A DNA stretch of 64,000 nt from Dicyema japonicum (taxonomy: Eukaryota; Animalia; Dicyemida). Both the position numbers and the translations under genes were made by a program. Below are positions 26,679 to 39,581 of this stretch, in pieces. The notes below the pieces were generated by a model. It did not search any database, was not told where the DNA came from, and saw only the letters and a list, made by a program, of their open reading frames with translations. Position 1 is the first letter of the stretch. Each line of letters begins with the position of its first letter. Location of the stretch: assembly GCA_011109175.1 (NCBI GenBank), contig RDEW01000059.1, positions 62,001-126,000 on the forward strand, written 5' to 3'.

Positions 26679-28889
26679 ATGGAAAAAGTCGACAGTAAAT
26701 TGCAATATAACCTCAATCTTGAACAGGAGCTAACGAACCTCCCGTTTCCCGATGATTTCCGACCAGAAGATTATTTAATAACAAATGTAATCAATCCACC
26801 CACTCCTCCAGATGGCGGATTTGGCTGGTTAGTGGTGGGAGCTTCTTTAATTATGAACTTTGTAATTGACGGTATTAATGGATCTGTGGGGATTATCCTC
26901 CCTTCTATACAGGAGTACTTCCATAGTAGTATTGGGGACACCACTCTTGTTTTGTCGATGCTAATTCTTTTCATTTACATTATGTGTTGGATATTATCAT
27001 AATCTTAGCCCCTGTTGCTGGAATTCTTCTGGACAAGTTCAAAACGAGGACCCTGGTCACATTCTTTGGGTTGGTTGCCGCTCTTTCCATAACTCTGAGT
27101 TATTTTGTCAAGTCTCTGAGTGTTATTACCTTCACATTTGGGGTTCTTCCAGGTTTTGTTTACCTTAATTGAGGGTCTCTCGTTCTCCATTTGTGTAATG
27201 GCAGCACAAGTAATGATCAGTTTATATTTTGACAAACGGAGACCCCTAGCCTACAGTATATCAGGAATTGGGAGTGGAATTGGGTCAATTCTTATGCCTT
27301 TCCTTACCTCTATAATAATCACATATAATGAATTCAGGACTTTATATCTGTTCTGGGGAGGGATCTGCTTTCTATTGGTTTTGATTGGTCCTCTCTATGT
27401 ACAACTTAAACTCGTGGATGAGGCAGGAACTGAAATAAATGATGATTCCGAGGTTGTCACAACTGGAGAGGAGTCAGCACTGTACATGAGGGAACTCAAA
27501 CAGGCTAGTGTCGATTATGGGTTTCTGTTTACATTACTCTAGTAACTTGGACTATGTTGTCTCTTCCAGGAGAAGCCTGTCTCACCAATTGCTCTCCTTC
27601 GAAACGATACCACTAAGATCCCTCATTACCCCCAGGGTACAGGGATGACTTAATTTAGAACAAACTAAAGCAAAATTTTTCTCTGATTAGTAACCTGAAC
27701 AGAACAGCAGTCTTCTCAGTCAAACCAACCGCCCTAAGGCACAACTCTACTGTCAATGAATTGGGGAATATTTACAATGTCCTGAGTTCTCGCAGAAGTT
27801 ATGTCGCCAATTCGAACGCCAGAAATATGAATCTTTTGAAAAACAACGAAACAAGCTTCTATAATCAAATTTTAAGTTGTTATACTGGGAATGCGACCTT
27901 TTCTGGACTACTTTCGAGAATAGATGGCATCATTGAGTGCTTAAACAAAAGGAGGAACATTAAGGTCATGAGTTACAGTGAGGGAGACCTCTTCAGGAAG
28001 AAATACGGCAACAACCATGTTATTCAGGCAGAAAAACCCTTAATCGATAAAAAGTCCTTGACTTTCCTGAAAAAGTGGATTCATGATTTGATGCTCAAAC
28101 CAATGAACAGAGCAGACATTTTCTATAAAGGATCAAGGAAGCAGTTGGTCGACCAGGGACTAATAGATGCCCACCCGGACATTAGAAATATAATCCACGT
28201 GCCCAAACTGGAAGAACCAAAGACATTATATGGAAGATTTAGTCATATTCTCTCAATAATCATCGATTTGTCGATATTTAAGAACAAATGCCTTATCATT
28301 TACTTTGTGGCTGTCTCCTTATTCAGTTGGGCCAGTTATATCCCCATGTTCTTCATTGTTGTGTTTGCCAAGACTTTCACGAAGCATTCCATGTATTTCC
28401 CATCCATAATAGGTCCTTGTTGGTTATTTATTTAAGGAGTGGGCTCTGTTTTGGGACAATTATTTTGTGGAGTATCAGTTAGTTATTTTAGGATGACTCC
28501 CATTGTGCTGAGTGAGGTAGCTTTCTATTTGTCCGGGATTTTTACTGCCGGAATTGCAGCTTTGGATGGTCACTTTTACCCGATGGCTGTTGTTTGCCTA
28601 TTTTTTGGTTTATGTTACGGAACCTTACTCACCACGTGGCAGTCAATCTTGTGTGATATTGTCGGGATCCGTAAACTCACTCCATCCATATCCTTTTACC
28701 TATTTTTCAGAGGACTGTCAATATTTGTTGGTCTCTACTCTTCAAGTAACGACAATTATTACTTTAGGCATAATAAGTGAGAAAATAAACATAAGGAACA
28801 CGATTTATTTGGCTTCTTCTATTTTGGGGTTGTCTGCTATAATTCACACTTGCATGAGAATTAAAAAGAATAGTTTATCACAATTATAA
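26679..28889 (+). CDS. Monocarboxylate transporter (SLC16/MCT family)
   Basis: PPDGGFGWLVVGAS motif; YFDKRRPLAYSISGIGSGIG; long cytoplasmic loop; second TM half; 22-nt intron before the last exon. Confidence 0.88.
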
Positions 28890-29254
28890 TGTATATGACT
28901 AACTTTGTGTCCTTTTAAGTCCTTTCTTTGATAAAATCCTTTGTAATACTGTTTATCCCAGGATTATCAGATTTTGATAATCTTTCGACAACTGAGAATT
29001 AATAATCTTAAAGCAGACTAATTAGGATTCGAGACCTTCGTGTATCCCTCTTGGTTCACTAAATTCGTGTATCATCTGAGTTATCCAAACAAGTGACTGA
29101 TGACATTTAATCATAAAAATATTATAAAAATTGTAAATATGATATAAAAACGACAATTTCCATATAAATCAATTAGTCAAGCTTCTATTGAGAATAATTC
29201 TAAAAATGTCCTACAATGGCTTATCAGTTAATTTCAACAAGAAAAAGTAATAAA

Positions 29255-29811
29255 TTAAATTTTTGTAATATCAGCACAAGTGTACTTGGTCTTACCAAAG
29301 TCAAACGGAATATATTTATAGCGAATCATCTCCTACAAATAAACAACCAGTTTACCCTTATTTTGTTGAGAAATGAGAAAATTGTGAGGAAAATAAAATA
29401 AAACAACAAAAGAGGCCAGAACACTGGAATATCCAGAAACACTATAAATGTGCAGAAAATAGCTGCGGAAACAGACAAAAAACCCCGAATCCTACAATTA
29501 GTCGAGAATTTACCAGAATTTGAACTCAGGTAATTTCCTAACAAATGGTACAAACTCATCTCCCACGTGTTCAGCCAAACATGGGCCAGATTCGTTTGGC
29601 ATGAAGCGAGGAGATATAAACTGAAGACACCAACTCAGCAAGTGGAGATTCAAAATATAGGCTACTACGTAGAATCCCTGACAGTGGATGACTCTAAAGT
29701 GGAAGAGTAGGAAAAAGGCAGAAAAGGCAGACCATCTGAGTTTGATATGTGGAGATATGTAATCAAGCAATTTATTATAGTTCTAGTGAATATTAAGGTT
29801 ACTAATACCAT
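29255..29811 (-). CDS. RER1: RER1 ER retrieval receptor, 161 aa, 4 exons
   Basis: Introns of 26, 22 and 23 nt give MNYNKLLDYISPHIKLRW...QGFYVVAYIL...DEFVPFVRKLPEFKFW...LDIPVFWPLLLFYF...MIRYKYIPFDFGK; spliced length is an exact multiple of 3. Confidence 0.93.
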
Positions 29812-29976
29812 GTGAAGCGTATTACTAAAACGAGTGACGAAACAGAATAATAATAATTTTTATTTAATATTTTATTATTTAAATTTTAGAAATTATAGAT
29901 AGCATGTTTTAAATACAGAGTCTAATAATATGTAATTAAGAGAAAATATCATAATAAAAGCAAAGAATAAATATAT

Positions 29977-32900
29977 TTAACAAATCCATTTTCTGCAGTT
30001 TGTAGTATTGCACATGCAAGGAATTAAATTGAGAACATCATTAAACATGTAATCATATGTAATCTAACATTACTACAACTCGTACCTCATCCCCACTATT
30101 AATTCTCTGTTTTGAAACAATCAATATCTTTGGGGATCCTTCAAACGTGATGATATCTGTAGCACAGTTCGGAGAACACGAATGATTAGCGTATCTAGCC
30201 AGTCCCCCACAACAGGAAGCGTCAATAACAAAGTCATCATTTATTCTAAACATATAAACTCCTCTATTCTGACAAATATATATTACTAATACATTCCCCT
30301 CATATATTTCCTCTCTCCTGTTTGCCACTTCATTTCTGATAATCTCCCCAATGTACTCTACAATCACTGTCCCTTTCTCAATATCCCGAGTAGCAAACAG
30401 TCCCAGTCCTTGTATGGAAGATCTCCCAAGTCGAATTTTGTCGTTTCTCCTTTCAACCAGCATTCGTCTGTACTGTGAGTGTTTTGATTGAGTTTTTCTC
30501 CCAGGACTCTTATCCTTTATCCCTGTTATTCCTCCACTTTTTGGTTGTTTCTTTGATCTAAGGGTCATTCACCAATCAACCTCCTCAAAACGTACATATC
30601 AACTCCTTCCGTTCTGGCACAACCACTAGAATTGTACAATAGTGGGACTAAGGACACGTGATTCTTTCCATGACGAAACTTATACTTTGATAAGCTAGTG
30701 ACACCAGGGAACTAACGTAAAGGACAACAACAACCGACTCAATGACCACCCTCACATTCTGATTGGTCAGTCCAAACACACTCTCCAAACACGGAAGAAA
30801 GTAATCATTGGCTGGGTCGTATAGTGGTGGAGGGTAATTACTATAAATAGCATTTTGAAGAGATTTTATATCATCATCCTCAAAATGGACGACGTTTAGT
30901 GGGTCAGTCAGGTCTTCCACAGTAAAGAAGGGTCTCTCGTTCACTTCTGTTATAGAGAATCTAAGTTTCGATCTCTTCCCTTTATCCCAGGGACAAATAC
31001 AAAATCTGATCGCCTCATATCCACTCTATTATCTCAAAAGACAATAATACAGGGTATATGAAATCCGTGGTGTTGAATCTCCCACTAAAGATTTGTTGAG
31101 GCAACAATTCCCCAAAGCTGGCAATAACGAGGGAACCAATCCTCATAATAAAGTTATGATTTTTGTTTAGAATACTAAAATTATTATAGCTTTACCTAAT
31201 ATGAGCAGTCATATCATAATTATCGTAATTGGGGACATAGACCTGTCTAATCACTGATATATCATCCATGGGTGTCTCCAAACTCTCCAAAGAGTGTTGA
31301 GAACAGTAGAAGGACTGTTATAAGCACAATTACACCTTTGAGGGACAAAACACACAGTTGCACACTTTGGCACACTCAACGTGGTATGCATTTGAACAAC
31401 GACAGTAAAAACATATCAGTGAGGCACCACGACGACCACACGTGCTACAAATCTGTCGACTGGCCTTCTTTAGGGCCTCTGTCACGTTGATTAGCGCCCC
31501 ACATGTTGTCTCATAGACCATATTCGACCACAGAGCACAGTTTATGTGAACCCACTCGTTCAATCCATAATAGAGAAGTCTACCTCCTCCATTCGACTCT
31601 AAATCACCAGTTTGTCCACAAAATAGACACGTACGTGTATCAATGAATTCATCCGATTTGATAACATGTCCATAATTAATGTTGAGCTCACTCTGGGAAT
31701 AACCACCAATCAAACAGCAATTTTATCAATCTTGGGTTTATAAATAGGGGTGGCAGAATATCGTTTCCATTGGATATCATTTCCCCTGTTCAATATCTTC
31801 CCCCATATATAGAAGTATCCTATTTGTTAGTGGAGGAATTACAAATTGTTTCCTCTTAGCCTTCTGTCCCTTCCCAATAACATCAGAAGGACACGAATGA
31901 TCAAACTCGAACAAATCCTCAAAATTAACAGTCATCTAGCATAAGCCAATTAATACATTATTAGACCTCTGCAGTCTCGCAAAACACTGCAATGAACAAA
32001 AGTTAATGTACTCCTCAAAAAGTCCCTTCAGTTATATAGTAATAGTACAAATTCGTCACAATGGGTAAACCAGGTTGGGGTACACCGAAGTGAGAAGGAA
32101 GACAGTATATTTCTGCAATATGCACAGACCAAACAACTATTCTTTACAATATTAGACAAAAGAATTATATCTTCATATTCTACAATAAATAGTAACCACC
32201 TACCTGGTCTGCTTTTTAGTTTAGAAATAGTCTCTGGATTTGGATTCCTCTGTGTGTAAATGGATGTTGGGGCGTCAATGTTAAGAAAGGTGGCAAATTG
32301 TCTGACAAGATTTGAAATATCCACATTCCCTACATTGGGATCCATAACCATAGTTATCCTCACCTTGCAATATCAAAATCACCAACCTGTCCTTCCTCAG
32401 GTTCCATCCATCTCTCAAACGATCCCTCTTTATCACTCTCAAAGTAATTTAGTACAATCTACCAAAATACTGACATTTCGTCTGCCACGTCTCCTTGGAG
32501 TAGAACTGACTTGCTGATTCCCGACCTCATAATGTTCTTCATCTCTATCGGATGCCTCCACATAAACTTCCCTACTTCGACTACCATAAACAATAATCAA
32601 ACCTGACACTCCTAATGAATGGTGGAGAAGGAATTCTCAGTGGAAATAAATCCCGTCTAGTAGGATTTTCTAAATTAGAGATAATTTATACTCTGCTGCT
32701 GATCATATACATGTTTGATTAAATTCTCATAATAATCCCTATCACCGTCCACAAACACCTCATCCCCGATGTCCCCCATTACACAAGTAAAAATTTTATC
32801 AGGCTTCGAAAAAGGAAACGACGACCTGAGTACTGGCTGCTTTAATTTTGGTTCAAATGGCTTAGGCTACATTTTTTATTAATTTAAACATTGTTATCCA

Positions 32901-35900
32901 TGTTTGGAGCTGGAGTTCCTCTAAAGGTTTCAATCTTCTCTGGTCTCATTTGGGGGGACGACGTAGTAGAAGAACCCGTCATTGAGTGGACATCTAAATT
33001 ACTCCCCCAACCAAACATTCATCCCTCTGTGGTTGGCAAATTGGTCGGTCAAACTTTCCTTTGAATGTCTTGGTCCCTCCCTGAGCAGGACTTTGTCCAT
33101 CAATGCATATTGAGGGGTACAAATCTTCTCCATGCCACTCAACTCCATACGATTCCTAAATATAAGCCAATAATACTTTGTGTAATCGTCTATACTCGTC
33201 AATTTGACTACATTCTTGCTTATACTGATTTCTAGCAACATCCACGTTCTCCTGGGCTTGTTTTATCTCCAATGTTGACTTTTTCAACAATTCCATGTCC
33301 GCTTCCGAAAGTTCTCTGCCACATTTACGAGCCAAACTTTAACAGAGTGTACTCACCTGCCTGTGTCTCCCAGTAATGGACTTTCGTGCCCTTCTGAGTC
33401 TGTCAATCACCAACTCACAATCCCTCAGATTCTCCAACGTCCTTGATAGATTTGTCAAGAACGTCTTCTCTTGCCTAAGAAAATTGCTCAGATCTTCTTT
33501 GTTCACTTTCTTAAAATCTACAGAATAACCAACTATCAAACAGTTATCCTCATCGTTAGCACCATCGAGATGTCGAGAATATTGAGGACGAGTCACTGAA
33601 GGGAACGAAGAAGGTTGACAACTTTGGGGTAATTCAGAAGTGGGTAGATTGTGGACTCTATATCCAAATTCAGGCATTCTGGGAATCTACAATAAAGCAT
33701 GAGTAAACAATTCTTGGTTGGTAATATTGTCCATAATAATTTGGATTATAATAATTCATATATTGAGGGACATTTACCATTCTGTAATTATCACTTTGAT
33801 AGTTATATTGAACGGGTTGTTCCCTATTTGCCTTTGCCTTCTCTATGTATCTCATCTTCTCCTCTGGTTTAACCAGACCCCAAATCCTCCCAATCTCACT
33901 AAATCGGTCCTCCAAATCTAATCTCCTTAAATATAACAACTCGTAGTGAGCAATTCAGTCTTGTTTGTGTTCGAATACAGTATTGCCGGATGTATTGACA
34001 TCATACCCCGTCTTTCGTCCTCTGCATAATCGTCCAGTCCATAAGACCCACTAAGAAATCCAGAATTCCCAGCAGGTTGAGAAGACTCTGGAAGAACTAA
34101 CCAAATAAGCGATAATAAACGGCTTGAAGATAAACCCAAAATATCGTCTAATGTCTCGTCCTGTGGTAATTCAGGATTCATTCTGGAAAGGAATAATTCC
34201 GCCCTCTCTTCAAAAAACGACGGAGGGAGAATGTTTTCTAGTTGACCTCCTTCAATAAACATATAAAAAACCAATATCCCCTGCCAAATCCTCAACCCAC
34301 TTGTTTGGGACTTCAATGCAGTTATTACGTTGTTTTTTATGTGGAATAAAGTCATCATTTGTCACATCAACGTCTTCAGAAACAAAAAAATCGTCCTACA
34401 AATAATAACCAATCCAACATTTTGATCCGAGTCTTCCAAACTGGATTTCTTTTTACTATACCGTCTACTCTCCTCTGATTGTGAATCTTCAGCAATGGAA
34501 GAACGACGAGTTTTCTGTTTTATTTTAGAAGAGTCTCCAACAATGTCATCCTTAGTGACACTCTTGTATTTTCCGCCAAAATGTAATCGTTCGTTCCGAA
34601 ATTGCTTAATCCCCTTTTCCGACAAACACACTCCGTCGACTATATTGAGTAATGAAACGTTTGGGGTATTCTCTAAAGTTCTTCGACACTTTGGACAGGA
34701 GTAACCGACACTACAGATCACCTCGGCCTCCACTGGATTTCTAATATTGTCACATTGAGCATGGAGCCACCTAAAATGCTAATATTCAAGTAACCTATCA
34801 CATTCACCACACTTTATTAGTAGTTGCCCCTCCGTAGTGGGTTCTGTGCAGCAGATGTATGCTTTCTGACTATAACAAGACATGCACATGGTGTAATCCT
34901 CGTAACAAGCGTTAAGACGACCACATTGAAGACAGTGGGCACAATCAGCACACTTCCATACGCCAGAAGGAACACAACTGAGTGGAGGACATAGACAGTA
35001 TGTATGGTATGTCTTGTTACAGTCATCGCACATCAACAAAGACGCCTCGTTGTCTGCCTTATTGCACACAAAACAAACTGTACAGTCCAAACATCGCCAC
35101 TCTGATGTCTCACTCTAACCATAATTTGTTATATTACAGAAATGTCAGCACAATAATAATGAAACGTCCTTCCACATTGCGAACACAAAATCATATACCC
35201 TTCCTTCCCTATTGACCCACAAATACAGCACACGTCCTATCATTTATCACAGTACCTACCTGGTTTGTGTAGAAATGCTCAGTTTTGTCATAAATAATGA
35301 TCTTTGACAAATCAATGGTCACTTTGTAGTCTTTATCACTCTCACACTGTGATTATCACACAAACTAACCTTCATTTGAGTCTTTCGGCGGGATTTCTGA
35401 ACTTGTTTAGAATGGCTGTCCCAGGAATATCGTTTCCTTGCGGAAGACTTCATCTCAGAGGGTTCATTCCCCCTTTTAATAAATTTTCTCTCACACAAGG
35501 ATGAGGATCTCTTGAGATATTACAAATTTATAACTTTATTGCACAACGGGTCATCGTACTGCTTGAACTCGACGATCTCACATAACTAATGTAAAAACAT
35601 CAAATTACCGAACAGAAGAAAATCGCCTGAGAGTTTTCCGTTGTGCAGTAATCGTGGAAATGACGGAGACATCTCTTGCATGTCAAATTCTGTTTAAAAT
35701 TGGACACATGTTCACTACCATGAATACAATAATAACCTGCAAACAGCACATCTTCGACATTCAGAGCACGACCACGGTAATTTGGCCACGATGTCATCTA
35801 GGATTGGTGGAGTAACACACTGCAAATGAGTGTGTCGTCCACAAAAGTCACATAGCAGAGACTCTGATCCTTCAACCTCTACCTTGCAGGCACAACAGCA

Positions 35901-36568
35901 AATGGAAGGGAGACCACTCCCCTCCAGACCACCAGTTTTGTGATTTATGCAGAGACATATGGAATTGATAGTGTTCTGTAATTAATCAAATTATTACATT
36001 AATATGTATTATACAATTAAAGTTAGTCTCCATTGCTATAAAACATGGGTAATGGAATGTCCTGTGGCACCCAGCGTGACTAGTGCATTGAGGCGCCTCT
36101 TTGCCCACAGAAAATGCAGGTTGCCTGCAAACTAAAGTTCAAAGTTTGTCTGATTCCTTCCACTTTGGAGAATTTGTAATTTCCACTGATGATTACATAA
36201 CAGTGTCTACTTTCCACATTTGTCCGGCATTTCGGGAGATTTGTCGTATATGGTGATTCCGGTCGCCCAAAAAAGACAGCTCCAATGAGCCACAAAGGTC
36301 TTCCCTACAAAATTACTACCTTTTGACCTTCATTAACATTAATCAGGTCATCAATCGTATTTGGAAACCATTTTCGGAAACCAACATTTTTGAGGAATAT
36401 AGATTTGATGGTCTTCTCGTCATATGACTCTACAGTGCCCGGCATTCTATTGGGGATCTCATATTCTGTGATTTCGGTGGCATCAGAATTCAGTTCAAAC
36501 ATTTTTCCAAGGCAGAACCCACTTCTTAGTGATAAATTGCAAAAAATGCAGTTCCCATCTTCGATCAT
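29977..36568 (-). CDS. KMT2C/D: Histone H3K4 methyltransferase KMT2C/D (MLL3/4, Trr+Lpt type)
   Basis: Order ePHD, PHD cluster, HMG box (FSEIGRIWGLVKPEEKMRYIEKAK), ePHD (WVHINCALWS), FYRN/FYRC, Win motif SGCARTE, SET (IQGLGLFA, YMFRI, RYANHSCSPNC), 22-nt intron 30064-30085 joining GDE to ITYDY, post-SET CMCNTTNCRKW. Confidence 0.92.
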
Positions 36569-37039
36569 CACAGGTTACTGTATTTTGTATTGAATAATTA
36601 ATAATATTTATCGTAAAATATTATTTTTAATTTATATTAAAATTATAACACATAATTTAAATTGCCTTCCATAATTTTTATTGAATATCCATTAAAATTG
36701 GAGAACGAATTAATACAAGTCATCTAAGGACTCTTTTCTTAAAATGAGAGGCGGTAATCGGAAGCGCAGAATTATAAAAATTAACATTTCAACAACTTTC
36801 GCTTTTTCGAGCGGTCAAGGTAGATAAATTGTCAATATAATTCAACTCGTTTTCTATAAGGGTTCTTCCTAACAGTTTATTTATTCTTAAATAAATAACA
36901 TTTATTCCTTACTAAACAGTTCATCTTCAAAGTTTTTTTCTATCGCCACATTTTGAATAATCGTTTTTTTAAAATTATTGAATGCCTTTGTATAATACTA
37001 AATATTATTTTAATGAATAATAAACTACGAGGCTGCAAC

Positions 37040-38270
37040 TATGGAGGAGACGGTTGTAAATATGGTGGATGATATCCTTGTAGCGAATCTTGTTTTGCAT
37101 TTTAGGCTCCCCCATCCGTTCCAAAGTTTGGATTCTTGCAATAGTGAAATATCAATGTGGTCTCTAAAAATTCAATGAGTTTATTTTTGACTCATTTTAT
37201 ATTTAGTTGATCGATTTTAATGCTGAAGGAGGATTCTAAACAGTGAATGAGTTCTCTTGAGATATATTTATATTCATAATCGGTTAGACAGAAGTTTAAG
37301 TGTAATTTATGAAACATTGATTGAAGGGTAATTCGATTGACTTATTTACTACCGGTTTTTTCAACTGAAGAAAGTCGGTGGTTTAATGGAAAGCAACTAC
37401 CAAAAACGGAGTTCTTAGAGATCCGTCGTGTGTATCTGGTGTGGAGCAAAATTCGAAGGCAGACCAAGGCTATAGAAAAACCTGTCCATCTTTTGATCGC
37501 CTGGAAGGCAGAATGGGCATAAAGACGAAACTGAGTCCTGCAAATAAATATAGTGATCCCAACAGACAAATGGATTTCGGGTTTATCGGTAACCATAATA
37601 GATTGAGGTTGAGTAAGGGTGGAGAGAGAACCGAGCATTAATGAAAGTATTGATAACAAAGTAGGTTGACATGATGATCGGCAAGGTAGTCAGAGAAGAA
37701 ACTGAATAATCGTCTCTTGAATGTCCACAGAATAGACGTATAGGAAGTTGAGTAGATCAATACAATTATTGGATAGTATGGTGATGTTCACATGGCCTAT
37801 TGTCAAATTTTGTTAGATTGACTTTGTTTAAGTTCAATACACATGATTTAAAAATATGGGAACGGTAGTAATCTCGTAGCCACTACGGATGAACTATTTT
37901 TTAGTTCTTTAATAAGAAAATGTGGTTAAGTCTGTTGGATAAAAATGTAGGCAGGTTTTTCATGAGCAGACAACCTACATGAAAACAGTAATCTAACAGG
38001 GAGTGTTTTATCTTGCTTCTTGAAAAATCGAGGAGAGTAGGGATCAAGATTGCCTTATACAAACTGATATACGAGACTTTAAATGAGGATGAAGATTTTT
38101 ATTAGTGTCGATCAGAGATGCAACTGAGAAAAGGATGGCAAACTTGCCGGAAAGAAATCCCATCCTTGACTAGTATGTCACACAAAGGAATAAACCATTA
38201 AAGGAGTCTGAGGTAGCAGAGAGTCCATGCTTTGTCAGGACCTATAAAGTAGCGTTAATCCTAGTAATAA
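37040..38270 (+). CDS. Possible uncharacterised intron-rich gene divergent from KMT2C/D
   Basis: Higher-GC block with open stretches (MEETVVNMVDDIL; LLLEKSRRVGIKIALYKLIYETLNEDEDF) bounded by AT-rich spacers; no consistent splice model obtained. Confidence 0.3.
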
Positions 38271-39581
38271 TATTCTAAAATTGTCTTTAATATTTTACAC
38301 CATTTTTAATGTATGCTGCCGATATTTTTTAACGAAATAAATATATTTTATTTTGTAACGAATAATTTTTTAACGAATAAATGGCAACCTCTCCAACAGA
38401 TTCCATATATAGCTCATTATCTTCGGCACTAAGGCAGTTTCCTTTCTAAGATCGCAAGTCATTGATATCAAAATTCAGTAATGACCATCAGGAAACCGAA
38501 TGGCTGTTCCAAAAGAATTCTCTAGCAGTTGTCAGGGGAAACAACCATTCCATCCTATCAGCCAGATGATTTTATTGTCATGTTACGTAATAATTTTTTT
38601 GATCTCTTGATCAGGAGTTCCCAACCTTTTTAGTACTCGCATTCCTAAATCTTTCTTCATAAACTCTCGCACCCCAAGAACATTTTTAATTTATATAATT
38701 ATTATTTGTCACCGTCCGTTGGAGGAATGTCTAGCTTACTTCCAAAAAATAATTACAAAAAATAAATAAGGGAAATTCATTAGAATTGTTATTAAAAACT
38801 AAAAAATATTATATTAAAAAAAATTAATCACACAGATAAATCATTCTTGTGGGTTAACATAAACTGACAACACAAGAACTTAACGAAATTAAGAGATCTC
38901 AGTCGCAAGATGTATTGCCGAGCAATATACAAAGAATGAAAATCAGATTTTTAGCAAAAATTTTAACATTTGAGGATTAAATTTGTTATTTAACCTCAGA
39001 TTATGTAAAACTCCGCTTTTTTACAATTCAAGAGAGAACTGAAAACGATAATGATCGAGGTAGTTTTTTCCATGTTAGTATTATGAACATCAATTGATCC
39101 ATTTCGGACGCGATCGACTATACAGCCCCCCGCCGTAGTGTGACTTCTTATCGACGATTGGGTTTATGCTTTAAGTAAATTTTGGATAGGATTCGTTCTA
39201 TATTTTTAATAAGAGTCAGTATCAAACACTCCGCGGACAAAGTCCGCGTAAAAGAAGTGTTGCCATCTTAAAGCCTAAATTTGGGTTTGTTCTATAAGCA
39301 ATGAGCAACGATTTATAAACAAAAGAGTTAAGGAGTTTTCTGGAGGGTATTACATCTGAGACCTACCATAAAGCTTGGACTCCACATCTGGACCCTTCCT
39401 CCTTTTTTTATTAATTTTTTTGCAGGACGTTTCTCCCAGCTTTATATACGTGTCCTGGATCTTTGATCACCTCCTGAAACCATTGATCCGATTCACTACA
39501 ATCTTGCTGATCAGTTCTAAGAGCTTGTTTTTGTCCTCGCTTATACAGTCTTTCAGTTTCTTGTTTAAGAGGAGCTTAATT

